From positions 1-62,528 of the forward strand of contig PBGO01000024.1 in NCBI GenBank assembly GCA_002719095.1: a stretch of 62,528 bases of DNA, given 5' to 3'. The DNA is from Fidelibacterota bacterium (GTDB lineage Bacteria; Fidelibacterota; Marinisomatia; SCGC-AAA003-L08; D37C17). A program made the position numbers and the translations under genes. Below, piece after piece: positions 20,607 through 30,618 of the stretch (position 1 is the first letter of the stretch; each line of letters starts with the position of its first letter). The notes under the pieces were generated by a model. It was not told the DNA's origin, did no database searches, and saw only the letters and a program-made list of their open reading frames with translations.

Positions 20607-20916
20607 TTCTGTTTTCAAAAGAAAGGATTTGTTGGTCAACATATTCCTTTAACGAAATTGTTTTTGATTTAATTTTATTAACAAGTTCATCGGTCTTGTT
20701 GTTTCTTGATTGGAATAAATCATCAGCGATGTTTATGCATGTCAATATGGCAATTTTAAGATGTTGGGTTTTTGAATCAAATCCAGAACCCTTTAGCTCT
20801 TCAATTTTACTTTCAACATAATTTTCCAACTCTTTTATATACTCATTATCTGCAGAGGTTTTAATTGTATATGTTTGCCCTAAAATCTGAATATTAATAT
20901 CTTTTTTTTGACTCAT
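20590..20916 (-). CDS. zapA: Cell division protein ZapA
   Basis: IQILGQTYTI, YVESKI, AILTCINIADD; follows pheT. Confidence 0.88.
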   Translation of the reverse strand: MSQKKDINIQILGQTYTIKTSADNEYIKELENYVESKIEELKGSGFDSKTQHLKIAILTCINIADDLFQSRNNKTDELVNKIKSKTISLKEYVDQQILSFENRNESKK

Positions 20917-20917
20917 T

Positions 20918-23314
20918 TTATCTTTGTTTAATTTTATAATCTTTTTTTAGTTTTTTTAAAATTTTATTTATGTAAAGATCAACATCGTGATCTTTAAGAG
21001 TATTATCATGAGACTGAAATACCATCTTGTAAGCATAACTATTGAAATGCTCGTCAATAGATTTGTCTTTATAAACATCAAATAAATATACTCTATTTAA
21101 AAATTTACCACCAGCTTTCTTAATAGTTTGCATAATATCTTCAGAGCTATATTGCGTTGAAACTAGAATAGAAATATCTCTTTCAACAGTTGGATAAATA
21201 GATGGTTCTTCATATTTATTATCACTCAACAGAATCTCATTTAATTTATTTAATGACATTTCAGCATAAACTAAGTTTTTATCTAACCGATAGTCAGCTA
21301 ATATATTGGGATGGATAATTCCTATGTAACCAATTGATTTATTTCTTGATATGATAGATAAACAAATTTCAAAACCTTTTTTATTTATTTCTTTCAATTG
21401 ATAATTTGAAATGTTTAGTTGGTCTAATACAGAATTCATATCGCCTTTGGCATTAAAAAAGTCTTTTTTATCTTTATCTTTCCAGCTTATGAATCTATTT
21501 TCTGGCCAAGCCATTCCTATACACATATCTTCAATTGGAGGACTTTTATCAAAAGATTGATAAGTAGCACCTATTTCAAATAATTTAAAATTATTATTTT
21601 TTCTACTTTGATTGAATGAGACAGCTTTTATTAACCCTATTGCTATCGAATTTCTAACATATTTCATATTTTTATTTAGAGGATTTGAGACAGAGACTCC
21701 ATCTTCAATTGCAAAATATTTATGTTCTTTGTCTGATATTAAACTATTTGAATAATGTTCAATGAATCCTTTCGATGAAACATTAAGCTTGAGATTATCG
21801 CTTAAATCTAGACTCTTTTTTATTGAACTAAAATTTACAGAAAAAGCTTTACTTGATTCAATGTTATCAAAACCATAAACTCGAGCAATTTCTTCGTATA
21901 TATCAACATCTCGCATTACATCATGGCTTCTGTATGAAGGTATATAGCAAACATATTCATTATCGTTATAATCGTTTTTGATACCAACTTTATTCAAAAT
22001 ATTACTAACTTGTTTACTACTAAGATTAGTTCCAAGAAAATCATTACACGCTTCTAATTCAAAAGTTACTTTTTTGCTAATATCATGAGCTTCACCTTTA
22101 AAGATAGAGCCTTTTAATGCTTCTCCTCCACAATATTTAATAATCAATCCAGTAAGTATTTCAAGGGCATCATTCACCATTTCTGGGTCAACTGATCTTT
22201 CATATCTCCTAGAAGCATCTGTTGATAAATCGATAGATTTAGCACTTTTTCTTATTATAATTGGGTTAAAAAGCGCGCTTTCAATAAATACAGATTTAGT
22301 TGTGGATTTAATTTCAGTATTTTTACCTCCCATAACGCCAGCTATTGCAATTGGATTTTGTCCGTCCTTTATCAGAAGATTTTTTTGGGAAATTTTTCTA
22401 TTTGTTGAGTCAAGAGTTTCGATTTTGTTATTATTTTTAGAAAAACCAACGTTAATTTCATTAGTTTTTATTTTATCAAAATCAAAAGTGTGCATTGGTT
22501 GGCCAATAGAAAGCATTACATAATTAGTTAAATCAACCACAATATTTACAGGCTTCATATTATGTAATTTTAATTTAGTCTTCAGCCATTGTGGAGATTC
22601 TTTAATTTGGATGTCTTTAATAATTTTTCCAACATAAAAGGGACATGCATCAAAATCTTCAATTTTTATTGAAATTTTCTCTTCTATTTTTTCACTACTT
22701 TGAGGATATTCGTAAGATAATAAATCTATTATTTTCTTTCTTAAAGCTGAATGATCTTGAGATTCTAATATCGCAATTTCTCTTGCTATACCTAAATATG
22801 AAAGGCAATCTCCTCTGTTGGGTGTTAAATCAAAGTCAATAAGAGTATCATAGCTTAAATTTAAAGCAGTATCTAATTTTTCTCCAATTTTGAGATAATC
22901 ATCCAATATCATTATTCCGTTGTCATTTTCTCCAATTTCTAGTTCTTTTTCAGAACAAATCATACCATGAGAAAGTTCTCCTCTTATCTTAGATTTCTTA
23001 ATTTTGAGCTTCCCATTTAGTAGATTAGCTCCAATAACGGCAACAGGAACAAGTATTCCTGTTTTAACATTTGGAGCACCACATACAATATTGATTTTCT
23101 GCTGCATTCCTACATCGACATTGCAAATTGAAAGATGGTCCGAGTTAGCAAGCTTTTTGACATTATTAATTTTACCAACAAATACACCTTCAAAAGATGG
23201 TCCTCTATTTTCATCAGAGCATTCTAAGCCGAGATATGTGAGCTTTTTTACTAATTCACTTTTACTAAGATTAATATCAATAATTTCTTTTAACCAATTC
23301 AATGAAGTTATCAT
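20918..23314 (-). CDS. pheT: Phenylalanine-tRNA ligase beta subunit
   Basis: IVCGAPN, GMICSEKEL, TPNRGD, GQPMHTFD, EEIARVYG, FDX-ACB tail. Confidence 0.97.
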   Translation of the reverse strand: MITSLNWLKEIIDINLSKSELVKKLTYLGLECSDENRGPSFEGVFVGKINNVKKLANSDHLSICNVDVGMQQKINIVCGAPNVKTGILVPVAVIGANLLNGKLKIKKSKIRGELSHGMICSEKELEIGENDNGIMILDDYLKIGEKLDTALNLSYDTLIDFDLTPNRGDCLSYLGIAREIAILESQDHSALRKKIIDLLSYEYPQSSEKIEEKISIKIEDFDACPFYVGKIIKDIQIKESPQWLKTKLKLHNMKPVNIVVDLTNYVMLSIGQPMHTFDFDKIKTNEINVGFSKNNNKIETLDSTNRKISQKNLLIKDGQNPIAIAGVMGGKNTEIKSTTKSVFIESALFNPIIIRKSAKSIDLSTDASRRYERSVDPEMVNDALEILTGLIIKYCGGEALKGSIFKGEAHDISKKVTFELEACNDFLGTNLSSKQVSNILNKVGIKNDYNDNEYVCYIPSYRSHDVMRDVDIYEEIARVYGFDNIESSKAFSVNFSSIKKSLDLSDNLKLNVSSKGFIEHYSNSLISDKEHKYFAIEDGVSVSNPLNKNMKYVRNSIAIGLIKAVSFNQSRKNNNFKLFEIGATYQSFDKSPPIEDMCIGMAWPENRFISWKDKDKKDFFNAKGDMNSVLDQLNISNYQLKEINKKGFEICLSIISRNKSIGYIGIIHPNILADYRLDKNLVYAEMSLNKLNEILLSDNKYEEPSIYPTVERDISILVSTQYSSEDIMQTIKKAGGKFLNRVYLFDVYKDKSIDEHFNSYAYKMVFQSHDNTLKDHDVDLYINKILKKLKKDYKIKQR

Positions 23315-24336
23315 ATTTTAAATTGCTCCAAAAACTTTACATTACCATCATAAAATTTTCTTATATCGCTAATACCATACTTTATCATCGCAATTCTTTC
23401 GATACCCATACCAAAAGCGTATCCTCTCCATTTACTCGAATCAAATTTTACAGATTCAAAGACATTTGGATCGACCATACCGCAACCAAGAATTTCAAGC
23501 CAACCTGTTCCTTTGGTTACTTTGTAATCAGATTCAGTTTTAAGCCCCCAATATATATCCATTTCAGCACTTGGTTCAGTAAAAGGAAAAAAACTAGGCC
23601 TAAATCTTACTCTAACGTCTTGTCCGAACATCATTTTAGCAAAATAATCCAACGTTGACTTTAAATCAGCAAAGCTTACATTCTTATCAACATATAAACC
23701 TTCTATCTGATGAAATAAACAATAACTTTTAACACTTATATCCTCATTCCTATAAACTCTTCCTGGAGATATTATTCTTAAGGGTGGTTTATTTTTTTCC
23801 ATATGATGTATTTGTGTCGATGATGTATGGGTTCTAAGCAATAATTCGGAGTTGATATAAAATGTATCTTGCATATCTCTGGCAGGGTGGTCTTTAGGAA
23901 TATTCAACGCTTCAAAATTATAAAAATCTGTATCTATTTCAGGTCCTTTTACAGTAGAAAAGCCAATTCGGTTAAAAATCTCTTTTATTTCGTTAGTAAC
24001 AATGGTTAGCGGATGCAATCTACCCTTTGTAAAAGGACTTCCAGGGAGAGAAAAATCAATATTGTCACTATATTTCTTTTTAGACTTAGAATCAAGATTA
24101 TTAAGAACCTCTATTTCTTTCGAAATAAATTGCTTCAAACTATTAATTCTTTCACCGAACCCTTTTCTATCTTGTGCTGGAACGTCAGATATTTTTTTAA
24201 AAAGGGTAGAGATTTTCCCTTTCCTTCCAAGATACTGATTTTTTAATGCTACAAAATCACCAGCTCTCTGGGCTTTTACCTTATCTTGAACAAATGAATC
24301 TTTAATGTCGTCAATTTGAGAAAGTAAACTTGACAC
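23311..24336 (-). CDS. pheS: Phenylalanine-tRNA ligase alpha subunit
   Basis: HPARDMQDTF, LRTHTS, FPFTEPS, AFGMGIER. Confidence 0.98.
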   Translation of the reverse strand: MSSLLSQIDDIKDSFVQDKVKAQRAGDFVALKNQYLGRKGKISTLFKKISDVPAQDRKGFGERINSLKQFISKEIEVLNNLDSKSKKKYSDNIDFSLPGSPFTKGRLHPLTIVTNEIKEIFNRIGFSTVKGPEIDTDFYNFEALNIPKDHPARDMQDTFYINSELLLRTHTSSTQIHHMEKNKPPLRIISPGRVYRNEDISVKSYCLFHQIEGLYVDKNVSFADLKSTLDYFAKMMFGQDVRVRFRPSFFPFTEPSAEMDIYWGLKTESDYKVTKGTGWLEILGCGMVDPNVFESVKFDSSKWRGYAFGMGIERIAMIKYGISDIRKFYDGNVKFLEQFKI

Positions 24337-24346
24337 AGCTTTATGG

Positions 24347-24691
24347 TTATGAGACAGATTTTATAAGTTCAGATAGCCTATCCGGTTCGTGGACTGCCAT
24401 ATCAGCAAGAACTTTTCTATCAATATCAATTTCATTGGATTTTAATAAATGAATGAACTTAGAATATGATAATCCATGTTGACGTACTGCAGCATTTATT
24501 CTAATAATCCATAATTTTCTAAACTCTCTTTTCTTATTCCTTCTATCTCTGTATGCATATTGTAGAGCTTTCTGAACAGCATCTTTGGCTGTTCTGTAGT
24601 TAGATTTTCTTGTTCCAAAATAACCTTTTGCTTGTTTTAGTAACTTTTTATGCTTGCGCTTTCTTGGAACTGAACTATTTGATCTAGGCAT
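24347..24691 (-). CDS. rplT: 50S ribosomal protein L20
   Basis: [30 protein letters not shown]. Confidence 0.98.
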   Translation of the reverse strand: MPRSNSSVPRKRKHKKLLKQAKGYFGTRKSNYRTAKDAVQKALQYAYRDRRNKKREFRKLWIIRINAAVRQHGLSYSKFIHLLKSNEIDIDRKVLADMAVHEPDRLSELIKSVS

Positions 24692-24703
24692 GATTTCTCC
24701 TTG

Positions 24704-24898
24704 TTATTTTTGAATCATTTTTTTTGTTCTGCTAGTCATAGCATCGCTAAGACCAGTATCTTTACGGAGGCGTCTGTTCCGTTTGCTTGTTTTTCTAATT
24801 TTAAAGTGATTAGAACCAGCTCGATTATGAACGACCTTACCTGAACCTGTAACTTTAAACCGTTTAGACGCACTTTTTTTTGTTTTTACTTTTGGCAT
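24704..24898 (-). CDS. rpmI: 50S ribosomal protein L35
   Basis: [21 protein letters not shown]; synteny. Confidence 0.97.
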   Translation of the reverse strand: MPKVKTKKSASKRFKVTGSGKVVHNRAGSNHFKIRKTSKRNRRLRKDTGLSDAMTSRTKKMIQK

Positions 24899-24909
24899 TA
24901 TATCTCCAA

Positions 24910-25422
24910 TTAATTAGGGCTTAATATTAAGAACATTTTTCGACCTTCCAAACTAGGTTTTTTATCAATTATCGAAATTTCGCTAAAAGATTGGGCAACC
25001 TGCTCGAGAATTTCGACAGCGGAATCTTTTCTAGTAATCTCTCTTCCTCTAAACATTATAGAAAATTTGATTTTATTTCCCTCCTGAAGAAATTTCTTTG
25101 CTTTGTTAAGTTTTGTTATTAAATCGTGTTCACCTGTATTCAGCCTTAATCTGATTTCTTTAACATGAATAATATGCTGATTTTTTTTATTTTTCTTTAA
25201 TTTTTTTTGTTTTTGATACAAATATTTTCCGAAATCTAAAATTTTACAAATTGGATGATCTTCAGTGACAGCAATCTGAACCAGGTCTAAATTATTTTGT
25301 TGAGCTATTGCCATCGCTGCGTTTTTATCCATTATACCACGCTTGTTACCTTCGTGATCAATTAGTAATACCTTATCAGCTCTAATTGAATTATTTATTA
25401 GTGTTTTTTCTTTTTTACCTAT
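24910..25422 (-). CDS. infC: Translation initiation factor IF-3, non-canonical AUA start
   Basis: Frame stays open upstream of ATG 25332 ([21 protein letters not shown]...) to ATA at 25422, preceded by GGAGG; KEIRL and MFRGRE motifs. Confidence 0.9.
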   Translation of the reverse strand: MGKKEKTLINNSIRADKVLLIDHEGNKRGIMDKNAAMAIAQQNNLDLVQIAVTEDHPICKILDFGKYLYQKQKKLKKNKKNQHIIHVKEIRLRLNTGEHDLITKLNKAKKFLQEGNKIKFSIMFRGREITRKDSAVEILEQVAQSFSEISIIDKKPSLEGRKMFLILSPN

Positions 25423-27374
25423 TTTAAATCCCTCCTTTTTTTTGAATTTATTTCTTCGACTAGTGTATTTAAATATTTTTTAAAATCAATCTCACCTAAG
25501 TTTCCTTCAAACCTTCTCCTTACAGAAACTGTTTTATTTTTTTGCTCGTTCTCACCGACAATTAGCATAACTGGTATTTTTTCAAGCTCTCCTTTTCTTA
25601 TTTTTGCGCCCATTTTTTCATTTCTCGTATCAATCTTAAATCTACACCCGTTTTGCTCCAGTTTTTGGCTAATTTGATTTGCATACAAATTAAACTTATC
25701 TGAAATAGGTATTATTAAAACTTGAATCGGTGCTATCCAAAGGGGAAAATCACCAGCAAAATGTTCGATTAAAAAGCCAATAAATCTTTCGTGAGTTCCA
25801 AGTGGAGCTCTATGTATACACAACGGTGTTTGATTTTGATCATAACTATCTTTATAATTAAGTCCAAACTTTTGAGGAATTGCAAAATCTACTTGATTTG
25901 TAGCTAGAGTGAATTCACGCCCTATTGCACTCCATACTTGAACATCTATTTTTGGCCCATAAAAAGCAGCCTCTCCTTTTATCTCTACAAAATTCAAATT
26001 CCCATCAATGAGCGCTTCTTTAACCAATTTTTCTGTTTTAATCCATAAATCTGGTTCATCAACATACTTTTTACCTAACTTTTTTGGATCGTGCAAACTT
26101 AATCGCATTTCATATTTTTCTATGCCAAAGATTTCGAAGTATTTTAAATACATTTTACAAACTGACAAAAATTCATCCTTAAATTGTTCCTCTGAACAAT
26201 ATATATGAGCATCATTCATTTGCATGCTTCTAACTCGCATCAGACCAAACAACTGTCCTGATTTTTCGTACCTATAACATGTACCATATTCTGTAAGCTT
26301 AAGCGGTAAGTCTTTATATGTTCTTGGATGAGAAGAATAAATCTTGTGATGATGAGGACAATTCATAGGCTTTAAATAATATTTCTTACCATCGACATCC
26401 ATAGCAGGAAACATACTATCCTCATAATGAGATAAATGACCTGACTTCTCATATAAATCACTTTTGGTAATATGTGGAGTTCTAACTCTTTGATAGCCTA
26501 ATTTTTCCTCGGTCTCCTTTGCTAGATTTTCTAACTCATCGATTATTACAGTACCATTTGGCAACCATAGTGGAAGCCCTGCCCCTACTTCATCATCGAA
26601 AGAAAAAATTTGCATCTGTTTCCCTATTTTACGATGATCCCTTTTTTCTGCTTCCTCAAGCATATTTAGATAATTTTTCAACTCTTTATCGGTTCTCCAT
26701 GCAGTGCCGTAAATACGTGTAAGCATTTCATTTTTTTCATTTCCTCGCCAGTATGCTCCAGCAATTTTTAATAACTTGAAAGATTTTCCAATATGACCTG
26801 TCGTCGGCATGTGGGGCCCTCTACAAAGGTCAAGCCACTCTCCTTGGCTATATACAGTTATTAGTTCACCATCTGGTATGTCAGCAATAATTTCTTTTTT
26901 ATAATCTTGTCCTATTTTTTCAAAATATTCGATAGCATCTGAACGTTTCCAAACTTCTCTAAGGAAAGGGTGACTATTATCAATAATCTCTGACATTTTT
27001 GTTTCAACTTTTTTCAAATCCTGTTCATTAAATGGAACTTTAAATGAAAAATCATAATAAAACCCATCCTCGATTGCAGGACCAATTGTTACTTGAGTAC
27101 CTGGATAAAGTTCCTGAACAGCTTCAGCCATAACATGAGCACAATCATGACGAATAACCTCTAAAGCCCGATTGTCATCTTTCTTTAATATTTTGATTTC
27201 TGAATCAGTTTTTATTGGGAAGGCTAAATCTCGTAAAGCACCGTCTAATTCAATTAATATAGCTTGTTTGGCTAGTCTCTCTGAAATAGAATTAGCAATT
27301 TCATAACCAGAAGTTTCGGAATCGTATTGCTTCACTGATCCATCTGGGAATGTGATATTTATTTTATTTTGCAT
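25419..27374 (-). CDS. thrS: Threonine-tRNA ligase
   Basis: TGS domain, DLCRGPH, RDHRKIG, KPMNCP, AAFYGPKID, IHRA..G..ERF. Confidence 0.98.
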   Translation of the reverse strand: MQNKINITFPDGSVKQYDSETSGYEIANSISERLAKQAILIELDGALRDLAFPIKTDSEIKILKKDDNRALEVIRHDCAHVMAEAVQELYPGTQVTIGPAIEDGFYYDFSFKVPFNEQDLKKVETKMSEIIDNSHPFLREVWKRSDAIEYFEKIGQDYKKEIIADIPDGELITVYSQGEWLDLCRGPHMPTTGHIGKSFKLLKIAGAYWRGNEKNEMLTRIYGTAWRTDKELKNYLNMLEEAEKRDHRKIGKQMQIFSFDDEVGAGLPLWLPNGTVIIDELENLAKETEEKLGYQRVRTPHITKSDLYEKSGHLSHYEDSMFPAMDVDGKKYYLKPMNCPHHHKIYSSHPRTYKDLPLKLTEYGTCYRYEKSGQLFGLMRVRSMQMNDAHIYCSEEQFKDEFLSVCKMYLKYFEIFGIEKYEMRLSLHDPKKLGKKYVDEPDLWIKTEKLVKEALIDGNLNFVEIKGEAAFYGPKIDVQVWSAIGREFTLATNQVDFAIPQKFGLNYKDSYDQNQTPLCIHRAPLGTHERFIGFLIEHFAGDFPLWIAPIQVLIIPISDKFNLYANQISQKLEQNGCRFKIDTRNEKMGAKIRKGELEKIPVMLIVGENEQKNKTVSVRRRFEGNLGEIDFKKYLNTLVEEINSKKRRDLK

Positions 27375-27383
27375 ATTTAGTTG

Positions 27384-27457
27384 TGGTCAGTACTGGATTC
27401 GAACCAGTGACCTCCACGATGTCAACGTGGCACTCTAACCAACTGAGCTAACCGACC
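27384..27457 (-). tRNA. tRNA-Val(GAC)
   Basis: GGTCGGTTAGCTCAGTTGGTTAGAGTGCCACGTTGACATCGTGGAGGTCACTGGTTCGAATCCAGTACTGACCA. Confidence 0.96.
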
Positions 27458-27505
27458 AAAATCATAAAGCTTCAAATTTATTATAATAATTTCAAAATAC
27501 AATGT

Positions 27506-29329
27506 TTAAAAACCTAATATTGAATAATATTTATCATATTCACTCAAAATATTCACAGCTTCCTTGTACTCAGAGTCAACATTTAATGCAGCTCCAATTC
27601 GTGCTCTTTCATTAACAATTATTCTTGAAAATTCTCTTTCTAAACCGTTCTTAATCCAAACTATATTTTCACTGTCTTTGAATTGTTTTTTCTTTTGCTT
27701 TTCAAAATATTTATTCATGCCCTTTACATACCATGAAAGTAGAAAATTATTATTTCTTGCAATATTAAAACCTGATTCATTAATTCCCAGATTATCTTTC
27801 ATTTTTGCTAAATCTCTTTCTCCAGGCAATTCGTAATCAAGTTCAGAATCCAGATTTTCGCAATATTTCTCAAATTCATTTAATATCTTTTTGTTAATTT
27901 TGAAATCTACGTTTGTAATGTTATTAACATTTATATATTGAGATGAAAATCTAAGGAAGAGTCCTTCCCTCCATAATGCTCTTATAAATGAAGGCTGGAT
28001 ATTAGGCTTTGTTTTTACATCGGGAGTTATTCCTCCCCCTCCATTTACTGGTCTTTTCATATTTAAGGTAGAAAATGTTGCATTATTTAAATTTGATTTC
28101 TTATTTCTACTATAATCCTCTTTTTGTATTAGTCTTCCAGATGGAATATAGTATTTAGCATTGGTAACCTTGAGAGATATTGTGTCATTTAATGTTCTTA
28201 CTTGCTGAACCAACCCTTTACCAAATGTAGTTCTCCCAATCACTATTCCACGATCTAAATCTTGAATTACTCCTGAAATAATCTCACTGGCAGAGGCAGA
28301 GCTATTATTAACTAGAACGGCTATAGGTATGTCTTCAGATAGTACTGGATCACTTGTAGATTTATATTTTCTAAGAATTTTTCCATCTCTCCCTTTAGTG
28401 TATAGCAATGGCTGACCTTTTCTGATAAGAGTATTAAGAATTTGAATTGCTTCACTTAGTAAGCCGCCAGAATTACCTCTAAGATCAATAATTAGCCCTT
28501 TTAACTGCCCATTTTTGTCATAAATTCCATTTTTGTTGCTATCATCATATTTCTCACCTGAATCCCATTCACCATTTTTATTTTTATCAGCATATCTCTC
28601 ACCAAAATCCCATTCACCATTTTTATTTTCATCAATATATTTCTCTTCCAAATCTCTAAAACCATTTCCATTATTATCATAAAAATTTTCGGCGTCAATT
28701 TCACTTAAGGCTTTAGAAAAATCTTCGAAAGTGTTTCTGGAAAATCTTGTTATCCTTATGTAACCAATTGAATTTTCGTCAATTTTCCAAAAAGGAACAT
28801 CTTTAACTGCGATGTTTGATCTTTTTAATTCAAATGTAAGGTATTTTTTTAATCCAGGTCGTCTAACTTTTAATTTTACAATTGAACCTAGCTCTCCTCT
28901 TATGATTTCAGAAGCTTGCCTAGTCGAAAAACCAATTGCTTGAATTGTATCAATTTTAATTATTTGATCGCCGGATATTATACCTTCGGAATAAGCTGGA
29001 CTATCTTCCATCGGTGAGAGAACAGTTAGTGTATCTCTTAGAGAACCTATTCTAATACCCACGCCACCATACTTGCCTTTAGTTAGCATATCTAATCGAT
29101 CTTTACTACTTCCTATAACAATTTTGGTATATGGATCAAGGTCATCAAGCATTCCTTTTAGTGATGATATAATTAAATCTGACTGATTTGTGGTGTCAAC
29201 ATAATCATTTTCCACGTATCTTAGTGTTTTATCAATTAATTTTTTGTATTCTAAAATTTCGTTTTTTTCTGATAAGACCATGCTTATTGAAAAAATAATA
29301 CAAATAAAATATTTAAACTTTAATATCAT
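27506..29329 (-). CDS. Carboxy-terminal processing protease (S41A, CtpA/Prc-like) with acidic repeat insertion
   Basis: LDPYT, PDZ GVGI, IIDLRGNSGGLL, SASASEI, TFGKGLVQ, YYIPSGR; start set at ATG 29329. Confidence 0.93.
   Translation of the reverse strand: MILKFKYFICIIFSISMVLSEKNEILEYKKLIDKTLRYVENDYVDTTNQSDLIISSLKGMLDDLDPYTKIVIGSSKDRLDMLTKGKYGGVGIRIGSLRDTLTVLSPMEDSPAYSEGIISGDQIIKIDTIQAIGFSTRQASEIIRGELGSIVKLKVRRPGLKKYLTFELKRSNIAVKDVPFWKIDENSIGYIRITRFSRNTFEDFSKALSEIDAENFYDNNGNGFRDLEEKYIDENKNGEWDFGERYADKNKNGEWDSGEKYDDSNKNGIYDKNGQLKGLIIDLRGNSGGLLSEAIQILNTLIRKGQPLLYTKGRDGKILRKYKSTSDPVLSEDIPIAVLVNNSSASASEIISGVIQDLDRGIVIGRTTFGKGLVQQVRTLNDTISLKVTNAKYYIPSGRLIQKEDYSRNKKSNLNNATFSTLNMKRPVNGGGGITPDVKTKPNIQPSFIRALWREGLFLRFSSQYINVNNITNVDFKINKKILNEFEKYCENLDSELDYELPGERDLAKMKDNLGINESGFNIARNNNFLLSWYVKGMNKYFEKQKKKQFKDSENIVWIKNGLEREFSRIIVNERARIGAALNVDSEYKEAVNILSEYDKYYSILGF
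28510..28685 (-). repeat. Four 15-aa coding repeats DxNxNGxWDxGExYx inside the S41 protease
   Basis: DNNGNGFRDLEEKYI / DENKNGEWDFGERYA / DKNKNGEWDSGEKYD / DSNKNGIYD; 45-bp periodicity (aatcccattcaccattttt repeated). Confidence 0.9.
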
Positions 29330-29945
29330 AAATCTCCTTGAATTTAGACCAAATAAATTTGGATAATTCATCTAAACCATTTAAGGCGTCAATTTCAATT
29401 ATTCTTCTTGGATTTTCTTTTGCAATAATTTTGAAACCCTCACGAACTTTATTTAGGTATTTTTCACCTTTCTGTTCAATTCTGTCAGATTTATTTCCAG
29501 ATCTTCTAACTAAAGATTCCTCAACGGATATATCAAGAAAAAAAGTTTTGTAAGGCTCTAAACCAAAAGTTGCAAAATTTGAAAGTATTTTTAGATGTTT
29601 GATATCAAGACCAAATCCATATCCCTGGTAAGCAATAGTACTATCATTAAATCTATCAAAAATAACATATTCACCTTTATCTAATTTATTTTTTAATTTT
29701 TCAGTTATCAACTGATTTCTTGAAGCTAGAAATAACAATGTTTCTGCTTCACTACTGAGATTATAATTAGTTTTATCTAAAAGAAATCTTCTAATTTTTT
29801 CTGAGATAATTGTTCCGCCTGGCTCTCTAAAAACAGATACTTTTTCACCAATTTTAATTAATTTTTCGCATAGAAGATTAATCTGAGTAGTCTTTCCTGA
29901 GCCATCAATACCTTCAAATGAAATAAATTTTTTATTAGAATTCAT
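29313..29945 (-). CDS. tmk: Thymidylate kinase
   Basis: FEGIDGSGKTTQ, REPGG, DRF.DST.AYQG. Confidence 0.96.
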   Translation of the reverse strand: MNSNKKFISFEGIDGSGKTTQINLLCEKLIKIGEKVSVFREPGGTIISEKIRRFLLDKTNYNLSSEAETLLFLASRNQLITEKLKNKLDKGEYVIFDRFNDSTIAYQGYGFGLDIKHLKILSNFATFGLEPYKTFFLDISVEESLVRRSGNKSDRIEQKGEKYLNKVREGFKIIAKENPRRIIEIDALNGLDELSKFIWSKFKEIYDIKV

Positions 29946-30618
29946 AATCTTTTTTTGCAATGATAATAATATACTCACCACGTATTCTATTTACTTTTTC
30001 AAATTTTGAAATAATTTCATTTAATTTTCCTGTAAATACGTTTTCATTAATCTTAGTTATTTCTTTACAAACAGAAACAACCCTATTGCCAAGAATAAGT
30101 TCTAAATCTTTTAATGACTTTAACATTCTGTGGGGTGATTCAAGAAATATTATTGTTGAATCACTTTCCTTAAAGCTCTCGATTTTTTTCTTTCTACCTT
30201 TTTTCTTCGGTAAAAATCCCTCAAAAATAAATCTATCAGAAGGCAACCCAGATATACTTAGTGCAGCAATTGGAGAGCATGCACCAGGAACAGAAAAAAC
30301 ATTAAGACCGTTCTTTATGATTTTATTCACAAGCAGGTATCCTGGATCGCTTATGCAAGGAGTTCCAGCATCAGATACAAGAGCTATACTTTTCCCTTCA
30401 TTGATATTATTTACTATTTGATCAACTTTACTATTCTCATTAAATATATTAAAGCTAATCATAGAATTTGATATTTCATATTTCTTAAGTAGATTTCCCG
30501 TTATTCTAGTATCTTCTGCTACAATCAAATCTACTTTTGATAAGATTTCGACTGCTCTAAATGATAAGTCCTTAAGGTTCCCAATTGGTGTTGACACAAC
30601 AAATAAATTTCCAGACAT
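29935..30618 (-). CDS. rsmI: 16S rRNA (cytidine1402-2'-O)-methyltransferase
   Basis: VSTPIGNL.D, AEDTR, VSDAGTP.ISDPG, FEGFLP, ESPHR. Confidence 0.96.
   Translation of the reverse strand: MSGNLFVVSTPIGNLKDLSFRAVEILSKVDLIVAEDTRITGNLLKKYEISNSMISFNIFNENSKVDQIVNNINEGKSIALVSDAGTPCISDPGYLLVNKIIKNGLNVFSVPGACSPIAALSISGLPSDRFIFEGFLPKKKGRKKKIESFKESDSTIIFLESPHRMLKSLKDLELILGNRVVSVCKEITKINENVFTGKLNEIISKFEKVNRIRGEYIIIIAKKDYEF

Noticed and set aside
20580..20620. 6S RNA or rny expected after zapA
   Set aside because: zapA overlaps folD, leaving no room
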